Assembly: GCA_951406725.2 (NCBI GenBank)
Contig: OX597830.1
Location: forward strand, 79,174,001-79,238,000
DNA from: Octopus vulgaris
Taxonomy: Eukaryota
Direction of reading: 5' to 3'
DNA: 64,000 bases
The notes beneath the pieces were generated by a model that did not search any database, was not told the DNA's origin, and saw only the letters and a program-made list of their open reading frames with translations. Below are positions 51,766 to 64,000 of this stretch, in pieces. Position 1 is the first letter of the stretch. Each line of letters opens with the position of its first letter. The translations under genes and the position numbers were made by a program.

Positions 51766-54700
51766 TTAAATCCTTAAAAATGTTTTAGCCCAAAGGCCGC
51801 GGCCATGCTGGGTCACCACCGCTGAATGAGCTACACTAATTTGTGAATCCACTTCTGATACGTGGCACTTTATCAACAAGGGAGTTCGATACTGCTGCCC
51901 GCATCTGCGTCTCCTGTCTTGAGGTAGGTTCATCTGGGACTCCCGACAAGAAGAGATCCAGTTTAGTTTTAAAGAAACTCACATCCACACCATGTAAGTC
52001 TCTCAGGCATTTAGGGAGGATGTTAAAGAGCAGTGGTCCTCTGAAACCCAAGCTGTTGCAGTATCTGGACCTGTACTTTGATGGTGATGTTGGAATCCTT
52101 GGCACCATGCAGTGGCGCCCCGTTCTGCGGTTGGTGTAACTTTGAATGCCAAAGTTTGGGACAAGGCCCTCCAGGATTTTCCAGATGTATATCACCGCAT
52201 ATCTCTAACGAGAAGAGGTTTAATACTTTCAGTCTTTCCCAGTAGCTGATATTTTGCATTGAGACGATTTTCTTTGTGTAGCTTCTCTGAATTGCTTCGA
52301 GTTCTGCTGTTAGTTTTATATTGTGTGGTGACCACAATTGGGAGCAGTAGTCCAAGCGGCTGAGGACGAATGTTTTCCATAGGACCATCAGTGTCTCCTT
52401 CTCTCTTGTTCTGAAAGTTCGGAGAATCCATCCAGCTAGCCGTCTGCATTTTATCACCAAATTAGCAATATGCACTTGAAAAGATGCATCATTGCTCATG
52501 TCAATGCCCAGGTCATGCACTGATTTTGACTCATGGATTGCAGTTCTTCCTGGGCCAGTGTATCCAGTCTGCATGTCGTTTACCTGTGTGTGCCAGTAGC
52601 GCAGGGCCTGGAAGTTACCTGCATTAAACTGCATGTTGTTATCCTCAGCCCACCTGTATATTGTGTCCAACTCCTGTTGCAGATGCGCAACATTTTCAGG
52701 GTTTTGTATTGTGTGGGAGACTTTTGTGTCATCTGCATAGCTAGCAAGGGTGGTCATCGTAGCAACTGAAGGCATGTCTGAAAGGGCCACTATGAACATC
52801 AGTGGCCCCAAGACAGTGCCCCGTGGGACACCGCTTGTTATTTGTGTTTCCTTGGAGGTGGTTCCATTGCTCACAACTGCCTGTTTTCTGTCTTTTAGGA
52901 AGTTGTGCAGCCACTCTCCAAGTTTTCCGCCTATGCCGAGACCACGCAGTTTGTGACAGATCATACCATGGTCGACCTTATCAAAGGCTTTTGCAAAGTC
53001 GAGATATATTACATCCACATTTGAGCCATTTAGTAGCTGTTTCAACACCCAGTCATAGTGTTGCAGGAGCTGTGTTAGGCAGCTTCTACCTGGTCGAAAT
53101 CCATGCTGGGTGTCAGACAGCAAGTCATTTTCTTCAAGGAACATGATTAGTTTCTTACGGACTATTCGTTCCATGACTTTGCTGATGTGTGAGGTCAGAG
53201 AGATAGGCCTATAATTTTTAGCATCTGCTCTACTACCTCCCTTATGGATAGGGCATATTACCCCCTCTTTCAATTTGACTGGGAGCTTACCACTTGCAAG
53301 AAAGCTCTGAAAAAGAAGCTGTAGCGGTTTTGCAAGGGCTCGTTTGCACGATTTGAGAAGGATCGCTGGGAATCCATCAGGTCCAGCAGCTGAGTTTGTG
53401 TCAATCTCATCTATGGCTAGTGTGATATCATCATCTTCGATGTTGATGTACTCAATTTTTCCCTCTTTGGCCGCAGGTAAAGTGGCAAAGAATTCTTCTG
53501 GATTGTTTACTTGCCTGTGTCCTAGAGGTGTAGTGAACACACTTGGGAATTGTTCGTTCAGTATTTCACTTATCCTCGTAGGATTTCCTGTGGGAGAGCC
53601 ATCTTTTTGGAAGAGAGGTCCTATTCTCTGGTGCACTGTGGCTGTCTCTTTGGCAAACTTAAAGAAAGCTTTAAGGTTTGATTTTATATTCTCTATTACC
53701 CAAGCTTCTTTATCTGCTCTCTCCTTTTCATGGGACTGATGTAGACTTTTCTCAGTTTCCATTAGCATTCTCTCGAGCCGAGACTTCTCACCACTTTTGG
53801 TGTGCTTGCTCAGGCGGTTCGCAATCCTTGTCCGTCGTCTCATAAGAATCTTCCTTTCTCTAGGGATCCTGTTTTTGTTTTTGTGTGTGCTGGCCCTGCA
53901 CTCTGGGACATATTTGTTACATATGGCTTGTATTATGGACATGAAGTATTTGTGTTTCATGTTTATGTCCGGTGCGGAGAGACATTTAGGCCAATCCTGT
54001 TTGAGGATCTCTTTCTCAATCAACTTCCAGTTTGCTCTATGAAAGTTCAAGTTGGAGAGATGGCGGATGCTTCGTATAGGCTGTGTGTCTACGGGAGGTT
54101 TTGTTCCATACATAGACAGCTCTATTATGTTGTGATCCGAGATCATTGTCGGCATCACATTAACATTATGGATAATATCCATATTGTTTGTGAAGCAGAG
54201 TCCAGTATATTATCTTCCCTTGTTGGTTGCAGAACTATTTGCTTCCATGAAAGAGGCATTTGTGAGATGGAGCAGGGACTCTACCTGTGCCTGCTGATGG
54301 TGTGTCATCCCTGGGAGCATCTGCCCCCAGGCCATTCCACATTGGGGAGGTTAAAGTCACCCATGAAGAATACACTGTTGTGTTGTTCAAGGTTGGTGAG
54401 GACTTCTCCTATTTTTGTTAGGCAGTCTTCAAACATGCCTGAGTGATTTGGGGCATCTGGTGGGCGATATGTAGTGCATATGACGATGTTCAGTTGTCTT
54501 ATGTGTACAATTTGAGTTTCACACACTGAGTTTGAATATGACAACAGGACCTGGGGCGTGAGGTCATCTCGGATGTACATTGTAACTCCGCCATGGCTCC
54601 TCCCTTTTCTATCTGTGCGAATGACTGCATATTGCGGCATGTGTATTTCTGCATCGCCTATACCGGGTTCAAGATGCGTTTCTGTGAGTGCCATGCATAT

Positions 54701-55003
54701 AGCTTGATTGCATGTCACAAGGTCTCTCAGGAATGAGATTTTCCTTTTACAGTTTCCGCGCAGCAGCCTTCCTACGTTCAGTAGAAATATTTTTGTGGTG
54801 TGTGTGTTGGTGTTGGTGTCTGTGGTGGCCATCCTGTCTCTGTTGGTGGTGGCCTTATGTGGTGGTGGTTCCAGCTTTGTGCTTGTAGCCAGGTCAGCTG
54901 CTGAACAATTTTTTGTGCCATGCACAAAAAAGATTGCTGTTCAGCTGCTGCCCGTTCTCACATCTGGGTGAAGCTGGCCATTTGTTGGGTTACTGCGCAC
55001 TAC
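51764..55003 (-). mobile_element. CR1-group LINE with near-complete but frameshifted ORF2
   Basis: APE endonuclease (LNV, TETHL, GDFNLP, SDHN) at 54305-54925. RT with YADD at 52023-54182. PDEP C-terminus at 51836-52195. 3' UTR and (TTTAAGGA) tail. Confidence 0.93.
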
Positions 55004-55006
55004 ATA

Positions 55007-55114
<108 letters not shown>

Positions 55115-55475
55115 CAAGACTCACTAGAATATATAACATCCACCATATATCACAATTGCTCAAGGTATATATGAATTCCTCGTCTTTCGGAACATCAATC
55201 TTCTGTATACTATATACCACTTTATATATTTTTGTATAATATATATCGCCATATATATACACTATAACATATATATGATATATATTCATATATATTTGAA
55301 CTTTATATATATATACGTTGTATATATAAATATATATATGTTTGACGGCATATATATCTTTTATATATATATACATATATATATAAGGTATATATATATA
55401 TAACTATACATATTATACATATATATATAAAAATTAAAAATATATATACATATATATATATTCAACTTCATTTTT

Positions 55476-55532
<57 letters not shown>

Positions 55533-55535
<3 letters not shown>

Positions 55536-55980
55536 AAAGTTGGTTTGTGAAAGCACGTGGTTGAATATATAGAAAATAGTAAAAAGTGAAAAACTACAGA
55601 AGGCTTAAATGTTAAAAAATATATATTTGCGTCAATATGTCTGAAGAATATTAAAAAAATTTTTTTCTCTTATAATGACGTAGTTTAGAAGAAAGACCGG
55701 TTTCGCGTTTAGCTTTTCAAATTTCTTGCGACGTTATGTTTATGTTGAACAGGGTTATCGTTATGTTTATGTTCAAAAGAGTTCTAAATAAGGGGAGGTA
55801 ATGAGTGATTTCTTCCGGTGTAAGGGAGATAATCGCTTAAAATTTTTTCCTTTCCCTTGGTGTGAATTTCTCTATATCAGTATGTTGGGATGGTTAAGTC
55901 TGGGCTTGTACTTTTCAATGAAGAATGTTTCCTTGTTTAGTCTAATTTGTGTTGATGATCCGATAGCACATTGGTAAAAT
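55533..55980 (-). mobile_element. Penelope-like 3' remnant
   Basis: Minus translation FYQCAIGSSTQIRLNKETFFIEKYKPRLN, homologous to 33225-33310. GAAACCGGTC half-site near 55695. Confidence 0.65.
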
Positions 55981-56599
55981 TAAGGTGCTGTACTTGAGAG
56001 GATACAGACCTAAGTTCAAAGACAAAGAGTGAAACACTCAAAGCACACGAGCATGACGAGGGCACGAAAAGAACCATCAACTACAACAACAACACAGCAA
56101 CAACCACAGATACAACGACGGCCGACGATCAGTGACGATAATGTCGACGGTGGCTACAACAACAATAACAACAGCAGCAACTACACCAACAACCATTTCG
56201 ACTACTACAACAAAAGCTAGAACAGCAACAACAGAGGCAACACTAGCAACCACTATAACAACTACATCAACCACCACAGTGACCACAAAAACAACAACAG
56301 CCACATGAGCGACGATCGAAAGAAAGAAAGAATGTGTATACTTCAAACTTCCATACTATGGAGGGAAAGTATGGACGGAAACAAGAAATGTAATGTTTAT
56401 TTATTTTGGATTAGTCATACATTGTAACACATACGTACATAATATATGAATAATACAAAACCACATTAAAATACAAATCCTAAACTGTGGTCATGATTCT
56501 TTCAGAATAGAAGTTTTTACAAAAGAAAAAGAAAAGAAAGAAACGGAAAAAAGTAAAAGGGAGAAAGGAAAAACGAGAGAGAAGAAGACACACAAGTGC

Positions 56600-58470
56600 A
56601 GCACCAAGAGCGTCAATTGGTCGCTCGTCACAAGGTTCAACGGAACCTACTGAAGCGAGTCAACACTCTTGCGGCATTATCACGGGCGATGGCGAGGCTA
56701 AGGCGTTAGAAAAACCAAGTACTCTCACGGACATCGCCTTGTAGTTCAGTGAGGTGAGTTGCCAACGATGACAAGAACTTCGCTGTTAGTGACCCAGTCC
56801 CTCCAAACGTCTCAAACGCCACAGGCTGAAAGAGAGAGTTCACTGCCAAATCCCGATACTTCAGAATTTTGTTCCGTTCGGCTACGAAGACAGTGACCCT
56901 CCCAGAATGTAGGAGGGAACCAAAGAATCACAGACTGTGACGTCCAAGATAGGCATCTACCTCTAACCCAGAAACAAAGAGTAAGACCATCTGGTATCTT
57001 TCTATCACTTCTGGATAACACCAACGGCTCCAGAACTGAGGGGCTATTAATCCGAGTTAGGGCCTTCTTAATGATTAAGTTTAGGTCGGTGTGACGAGCA
57101 AAGCGTCCAGCATTTAGGTGGCAAGACAGACCGTGAAAGTCTGTGGGGTCAAGGGGCCTACCACAGCGGCACCTCAGTCCCTACAGACGTCAGTTCCCAC
57201 TCTGAGATGCAGAATTCATCCAGACTGAGTAGATGTCCAATATTGGTCACAGGTAGGACATCATTCTAGTCCCCCGAGAATTTTGCAGTAGTTGAAAGCA
57301 GGCGACATCTTGAATGAGCAAAGAGAGAGTTGAAAGTGACACCTGATTGACGCAGATTGTCAAATGCTCTCTGCTTCCGTCTATCCTCAACTGTAACAGG
57401 AACTGACAAACCCATCTCCCTCCACTGTCACAGATCTTCGTCCATCTCCCTGTTGGAATTAATCCATGCTGGAAAGGAGAGGATGTTGCTTACTTAAAGG
57501 GAGGGGCTAGCGTGGATGGAGGAATGTAAATAGGGAAGAGATAGAGACGAGCACTAACTCTCAGAAAATACAACAGCTTAGGAATTGACAAGTAATTTCT
57601 AAGTATCAGAAAAACCTTGGTGGGGCTCAATAACCTCTAGATTTTTAAAAAGTTGTTCGGCGTTAGCCATGTTGGATCGAAAGATGGACTCGAAAACTAG
57701 GTCAGTTATTGAGGTTCTGAGGGAGCACCATGCTGATGAAGGAGGGGCCGTGATAGAGGGAGGAGCAATCAACAAATAGTTTAATAATCTGTTCATGCGA
57801 AGCTGGATGTTTGAGGAGCTGGAGCTCACATTTGGAGCTGTTAATCCAAAATTCCTACAACCAAGTTCCTCAATCATTGTCCTCGCAGTTGCAAGTATCT
57901 TATCAGGAGAGCCTCCCAATCAAGCGTCATCGAAGTACCAGACACTTAAGTCTCGGTCGGCTATCATTTTGGTAACATCGTCAATACCCAGTACGAATAG
58001 AGCAGAACCAAGTGGGTCACTCTGTTGCACTCAAGAGGCAGATGGTGTGAGGTGATCACCAAAGGAGAGATAGGCTTGCTAAACAAAGGGATACGGTTGT
58101 ATGGAATTCTCCCATACTGCACGGAGGTTGACGTCCAGACTGATGGAATTGGAGGCATTTCTAAGGTTTATTTTGAGGATGACATTTCGGGACTCAGAGA
58201 GCAAGTTGGTGAACGCCCTAGTGGTATAAGCAGCAGCCCCACAACGTAGCTTAGTACTCACTCTTAGCTGAATAGGGGAAGATTTCGCGGACAGGCAGTT
58301 AGAAACTGAGGACAGACAGACTTTTGCTGTGAACCGTCGCAAAGAACAACCAACTGTTATGAGGTGATGGTCACTGTTGGACTTGGTGAGACCAAAAGAA
58401 CATAAAGGACGTTATCAAAAGATCTGGTCTCCTCTTCAATATCATGGTCCAGAAGACAGGTAAGGCTATG
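56600..58470 (-). mobile_element. Decayed CRE-clade (restriction-like endonuclease) non-LTR retrotransposon
   Basis: Minus translation: RT GDPLGSALFVL..WYFDD, zinc knuckle CRCG..HGLSC, REL RH..LN..IKKAL..PSVLEP..RSDRKIPDGLTL..W..G. Confidence 0.8.
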
Positions 58471-58599
58471 TAAGTGCTACGGAACATCCAACATATACTT
58501 TTTATCCTCATACTTCCCTTTATACTTCTTATATTTTTTCTTTTCCAAAATCACTTCTATTCAACTCTACTATTTCCTTCTACTTAAGTCTCTCATATT

Positions 58600-58647
58600 G
58601 TCTCTGATGATGGGATATCTTTTATATCCCTGAAACAGCTGTAAGAT
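58600..58647 (+). ncRNA. Minimal hammerhead ribozyme motif
   Basis: GTCT-CTGATGA-TGGGATA..TATCCCT-GAAA-CAGCTG-TA-AGAT. Palindromic stem III, GUA site. Confidence 0.75.
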
Positions 58648-60239
58648 TACCTCTCTTTATAAATGTCTTCGAAATTTCACACTACCCTGGCTATGTTATC
58701 TAATTTTATTTAACATATATATTTATATATATATTAAATCTACCCATCTATCTGTCTGTCTCTTTATCTATCTACCTCCCCCTCTATCTAACTACCTACC
58801 TATCTGTCTATCTCCCAATCTATGTCTTATGTGCAGAATCTTTTTTGAAGCATATGAAACTTTAAAACATTAACATTTTTGACAATTCTCAAAATAAACT
58901 TTTGAGATTCTTTGAGATTTTTCGAGATTTTGTGAATTATGATAAGAAAATCTTTTGAGTGGTTTTTATTTTTCAGCTTTTTAAAATCTTTTATTTTAAC
59001 GATATTTTGAGACTCTTTAAAAGTTTCTGAGACATTTTTCGAAGAAAAAATTTTCACCATTCTCTGCATTGGTCTGCTTTGGTCCAAAACTCCAAGTGGA
59101 GTAGAACTGGAACGAGCAGGTTGACCAACTTTACTCAGAAAGGAAGTTATCCTTGAAAGGGGCTACAGAGGTGGCGAATGCTTACATCTCCATCATATAT
59201 TACCGCCTGTTTTTCCATTTTCTTTGGAATTCACATATTCTACTGGTCAAGCGTTCTATTTACTGTCAACGCACACTACATGGAGAACTTGGCATATCGT
59301 GACTGGCGATATCTCCAGGGTTTGGTTAGTGCTCAGTAAGTGTGGTCGCAGTTTCTTAGACGCCTTTTCCGCAGCTCGTCTCTTTGGAAGAGTTACTGTC
59401 AAGCAGGACCAAGCGTAGACTAAGACAGATTTTCTGACACATCTAGATTGTAATCAGACGCTCACTGCCCTCTACCCGTCAATCAATACAGAAACTCCAG
59501 TTTGGTGTTCTACAGATTGTCTGTGGTAGAAAAGAGAGATGGCGTGGTCTGTTCTACCTGCGAGCCGGAGCCCAGAGATAATTTCCAAATATTCTTGGCC
59601 TGGCTATGCTACCAGTAGACACTACCAGCTCGGTATAACTGTATAACTATATACGCTACGTGAAAACGTTGTCAATTGAAGTCTGCTTGAGACGAGTACA
59701 AATGACACAAGTGTTTTGCACAAACTCGTTCAATGCCCAAGCGTTGATAACTTGTGGCGTGACTTCGAACGCCTGATGTCGCGTGTACGACAGATTTGTT
59801 TATTGTTGTTGTTTTTTTATATATCAAAACAGCATACAATATTTAAAATGGTTAACACATTCTACATACGTCATCAAATTCTCTCTTACAGAAATAATGA
59901 TTTCTTATATAAACCATCTTATATAATTAGGGAAGTCGATTCATTAAAGAGATAAGGATTTCTTGATTGATATTAAAGAAATCATTAATGATATCACATC
60001 CACGAGTGAACTAGAAAACTATTTTTATTTTTATTCCATTTCAGAACTTTGGAATGATTTCAAGCAGTCACATGCATTAGAGAAGATTAACTCTGTAGGA
60101 TGTGGTATAAGCATTTTCGACTCTTATTATTTTCTTACCAGTAAGACCAATTTTTATTGATTATTTTTTGCGTTCTTTGTTTCTGTTTCTTGTTCATCTT
60201 TTAGGGCTGATGTAGAAGCGATACTGTGTTGTTTTTGGC

Positions 60240-61200
60240 GAAAAATTCATGAGTGAGAATTCAGTGGCAGAGTGCATTGTGGCCATGAAGAATCCAGTTC
60301 TTCGCGATCTGCAGAACCGGTCGTTTCGCCGAATGTCCTTTCTCAAAACGTCGCAGTAAGAACTGCCAATTCACTGTGTGGCTCTGGGGGATGAACTCTC
60401 GATGAACAATAATGCAGATGTTGAAAAAAAACGATCAGCACGCTCTTGATTGAACTGCGGTTCTGTCATCCTGTCTTAGGTCGTGGAGATGAAGGGTTTT
60501 TCCATTGTGACAATTGCTGCTTCATCTCAGGGTCGTACCTGTAGACCGAAATCTCATTACCAATAATGATCCATGACATGAAGGATCATCACCAGCGGCA
60601 GGCTGACTGACATCTTGACAGACATTGACGCAATGTTCTTTCTACTGAGTGTTCAGCAGGCGAGACAAACTTGGTAGAGACACGCCGGATGTTCAGTTCA
60701 GATGTTAAGATTGTCTGCACGAATCCACACGACAGACCAACAACATCAGCAATGTCGTTGATTGTCCTCCGACGATCTTCATTCCCAAGCTGAGGAATTT
60801 TCTCCACATCTCCTGGGGTGACGCCCGTGGTAGATATTCCAGATCGCTCTTCGTCTTCTAGGGATGTTCTTTTGCATTTGAAGAGCACCTGCCACTCGTA
60901 ACAATGCGTAAAATCAATTGCCTCGTTACCGTAATTTTGCCAAAGCATACTCAATGTCTCTGTAGAAGTCGTACCAAATTTAACGCCAAATTTCTCGTTG
61001 GCTCTTTGTTCCAACCTCTTGCCCATCACGAAATCGCAGATTGCAGCTTACAATATCAAATACTTCACATCTTGCAAAGTAAACGCAGCAATATCACTCA
61101 TCCCACTGCCTCATCACCATCACTGCTAGCTCTCACTGCGCACTCAACCGTGTGCTGCCATCTGTTGGCGCGCCACAGAACTAATCCGGGAACTGTTTAA
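60240..61200 (-). mobile_element. Mariner transposase remnant (5' portion)
   Basis: ORF 60589-61029 EQRA..KF..K..T..ETLSML..YG....W...FK..RTSLEDEERSG..DRRRTI (mariner HTH), followed by IGNE..F..YDPE-like sequence. Confidence 0.8.
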
Positions 61201-64000
61201 TACATCATCTTCATTTAAAATCTGGTAGATAGGTTAATATTAATCCTCACTGTCATTAAAAATCACAACACGCTTCATTACTAACTTGCACGGAAATACC
61301 TCAGTACATCTCGCTGGTAATACGAGAACAACTCTACCTCCGAGATAACCAGCTACATACCCCTAATCCTTCTGTCATACATGTTATTTCACCAGCCAGA
61401 TCCCACATCAATTATTATTCCCAATCCTTCCTTTCTAGATTATGCAACACTCAGAAACTCACTCCCTACTCACACTAACCTAAAGATGTCCAAACGGAAC
61501 ATTAATAACATCGATCTATCGAATCAATAGACCACATCTATTCGTTTCCCTTGTACCTTGTCAATGAAGAGAAATAATTTCATTTATATTGTTATATTTA
61601 TTGTGATTTCGTTTTCTTTTTTATATTGCAGAAAAGGAAATTAATGATTTGACAGCTTATTCAACTTTTTCCTTCAAACCAAATCCATATCACAACCTTG
61701 TAACCGAGGCCCAGGTGGATGCTCACTCGGTTCTGGATTGTTCACGTTTATGTATGGTATCTTCTACATATACCGCCTTTTCATATACTAACACTAAGTG
61801 CCTACTAAAGAACTGGTCTGAACTTTAATGGAATTTACTTGAAAATTATTTACTTCTCAATGAAATGTGAGCAAGACTTCAACGGATCATGTTTGCTAAT
61901 AATAATCATCTATATCTATAAATATAAGATAAAATGTGTGTTTCTTTATCAATAAAGTCAATTTAATTCAGATAAATCTTTTGTTAATCTATGTTTGTTG
62001 CTAATGTTTTTCGTTTTAAGTTTGTTAATGTTGAAGTTTGCTAATATTTTTCGTTTTAAGGTTTATAAGATTATTGAATTTACCTGAGTACCAATGGAGC
62101 ACTGGGGCATTATTTTAGCGACCTTTAAAGAATTAAATACTAAATTAACTTGGACAACATTTGATCTGAAAACGTAACAGGTTTTAACTAAATACCTGAA
62201 GCAGTCAACCGAATCTTTAACGCTTCTTACCATCAGCTAAATAATATATGAAATAAAATAATTGCATTCGATTGATTTCTCTTAAAAAGTGAAATGATTT
62301 GTTATTCAAACTAAAAAAAAAAATAGAGAAAAAAACAAATTGAGGAAAGCAACAGCGAAAACTTTTCTGAAGAATATGGTAAACAGTTTACGGGAATTAT
62401 TGTACGTCTATTCCAATGTAAGAATGCACTAAAAATATTAGGTAACATGATTGTTAATTTGAGTTTTACCTCTGGTCTCTCAGAAACTATTTAAGCTGGC
62501 TGATCTAAACTGTCTTTATCAAGGATTATAGAGTGAAATTAAAATACGAATTTTATGTTCTCTTTGGGCGATATTTTGCCCTCAGCAACTTATTTGCAGG
62601 GTGAAGTACAGGTTAAACGAAAATAGGAAATCAGTTATACGAAAAACGAAATTTAATAGACATTCGCTCAGAAACTCAGCAGCTCAACAATTTCTTTCAG
62701 GTTATCGAAAGGTTGAAATAGTTTTCGGTGTGAAAAACATAAATTGCAATATTGACCATACATGTCGTAAAAATGTTCCTTTTGTTTTCATTGGTTAAGT
62801 TTTAGATTAATATTGGATTCTTTGTTTATAGTTTGGTGAAGAGGGGAGATGGGAGTGGGGATCGACGTGATGTTTTCAAGCCTTTGTGGATTGGTGAGAT
62901 CGATACGGTTAATATTTCGTTCGAATATTTGTATAAAGAAAATGTGATCAGAGATCGAATTTTAGAGGATTAATGTTCTGGAGCAATGTGTTGAAACCTT
63001 GACAGTTTTAGTTTTAAAAAAAATACAGGCAAAGATTTTACATAGATAATATTTTCAGTCTTAAATTAAAATATCAAATTTAAAGTCAACTTCTCAATGT
63101 GATTGAAAAGTCAAAAATAGATAAAAAGTTAGCAGTATCTGTTATAAGTTCACACAATGAGACTGTTTGTACAGTGGCATTCTGTGTTCAGGGTGTCCAA
63201 ATTGAGTTGAAATGTATCTGCTATGAATCTGTTACAAACAATATTCAGAATCTGGGAATTTAGGGATTAAGATAAGAATGGTTCATCATGATATCACCAT
63301 TGTATGCCGAAAATCGGTGTCGCAACTCTAAGCAAACCTGGTTCAATATAGGAATTGTGGTTTGAATTTTCAGCCGGCTTCCAACACGTTAACACTAGCC
63401 GCTGAGGCCTCCAAATGCTGTTAAGATTGCCTTGCAGATTAGGCTTCTCTCGAGTCAGCTAGTTGAGCATAATATCTTCACTGATCTGTTATTTAATTGG
63501 TGGCCAGAAAAGGTTAGTTTCGTTTGACATCAAGAAGTTCAATGCATATGGATATCAGTTCTTTTTCTGTAGTCACAGGAGTGAAAATTTGTAATATCTT
63601 TGCTAAAGACTTGATTCGTATTAAAATTTGTTTAAAGGAGAAGAAAGCGCAAACTTTCATAGACAAATGTAAAGGAAGCACTTGCCTTTAATTTGCCTCT
63701 CCTATGATTTGATAAACCCCCTGAAATGAGAGAGAACGTTTATAATAAATGAAAATTCATAATGAACAGCATAGCACGGTACCTGCTGACTGAGCCATCC
63801 TATATTGGATAAGATCTACTGGATGTTCTCCTGTTTTTTCCTGTAAGCCCTCTGAATCGATAGATAAACTCTGAATCGATCCATAAACAGGTAAAGTTGC
63901 TGCTGTATGACGAAAAATTCCCCGATAGCCTTTACATTTTTGTTAAGAAGTAAACTCCAGTCAGATTCAGTTGGTGGATGCTGACACAAGTTGCAGATGG

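Noticed and set aside
63150-64000. Protein-like stretches on the minus strand with a possible short intron (~63721-63782)
   Set aside because: Many stops and frameshifts and no family motif I can recognise. BLASTx would be needed.

Overview
Repeat-saturated, AT-rich animal genomic DNA. The SINE families and very high microsatellite load suggest an octopus (inference). I see no intact host protein-coding gene. The only host-like coding trace is a decayed ankyrin-repeat exon (43947-44355), and almost all supplied ORFs are microsatellite or satellite artefacts. Mobile elements: tRNA-derived SINEs of about four families, non-autonomous Helitrons, mariner remnants, a deleted Gypsy LTR element, two tail-to-tail CR1-group LINEs, and RTE, Tx1, CRE and Penelope remnants. 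Two things stand out. (1) About 12 type-I hammerhead ribozyme motifs lie in short non-coding elements that mostly sit in or beside (TA)n tracts. Two of these elements are terminally redundant monomers (596 and 421 bp period) that look like retrozyme or Penelope-pLTR units, and one is a head-to-head ribozyme palindrome. (2) A ~6.4 kb composite satellite has three repeat units that spell canonical TCF/LEF (with an RCCG helper-like site), TEAD and Grainyhead binding motifs. All structures and alignments were read by eye, with no database search.
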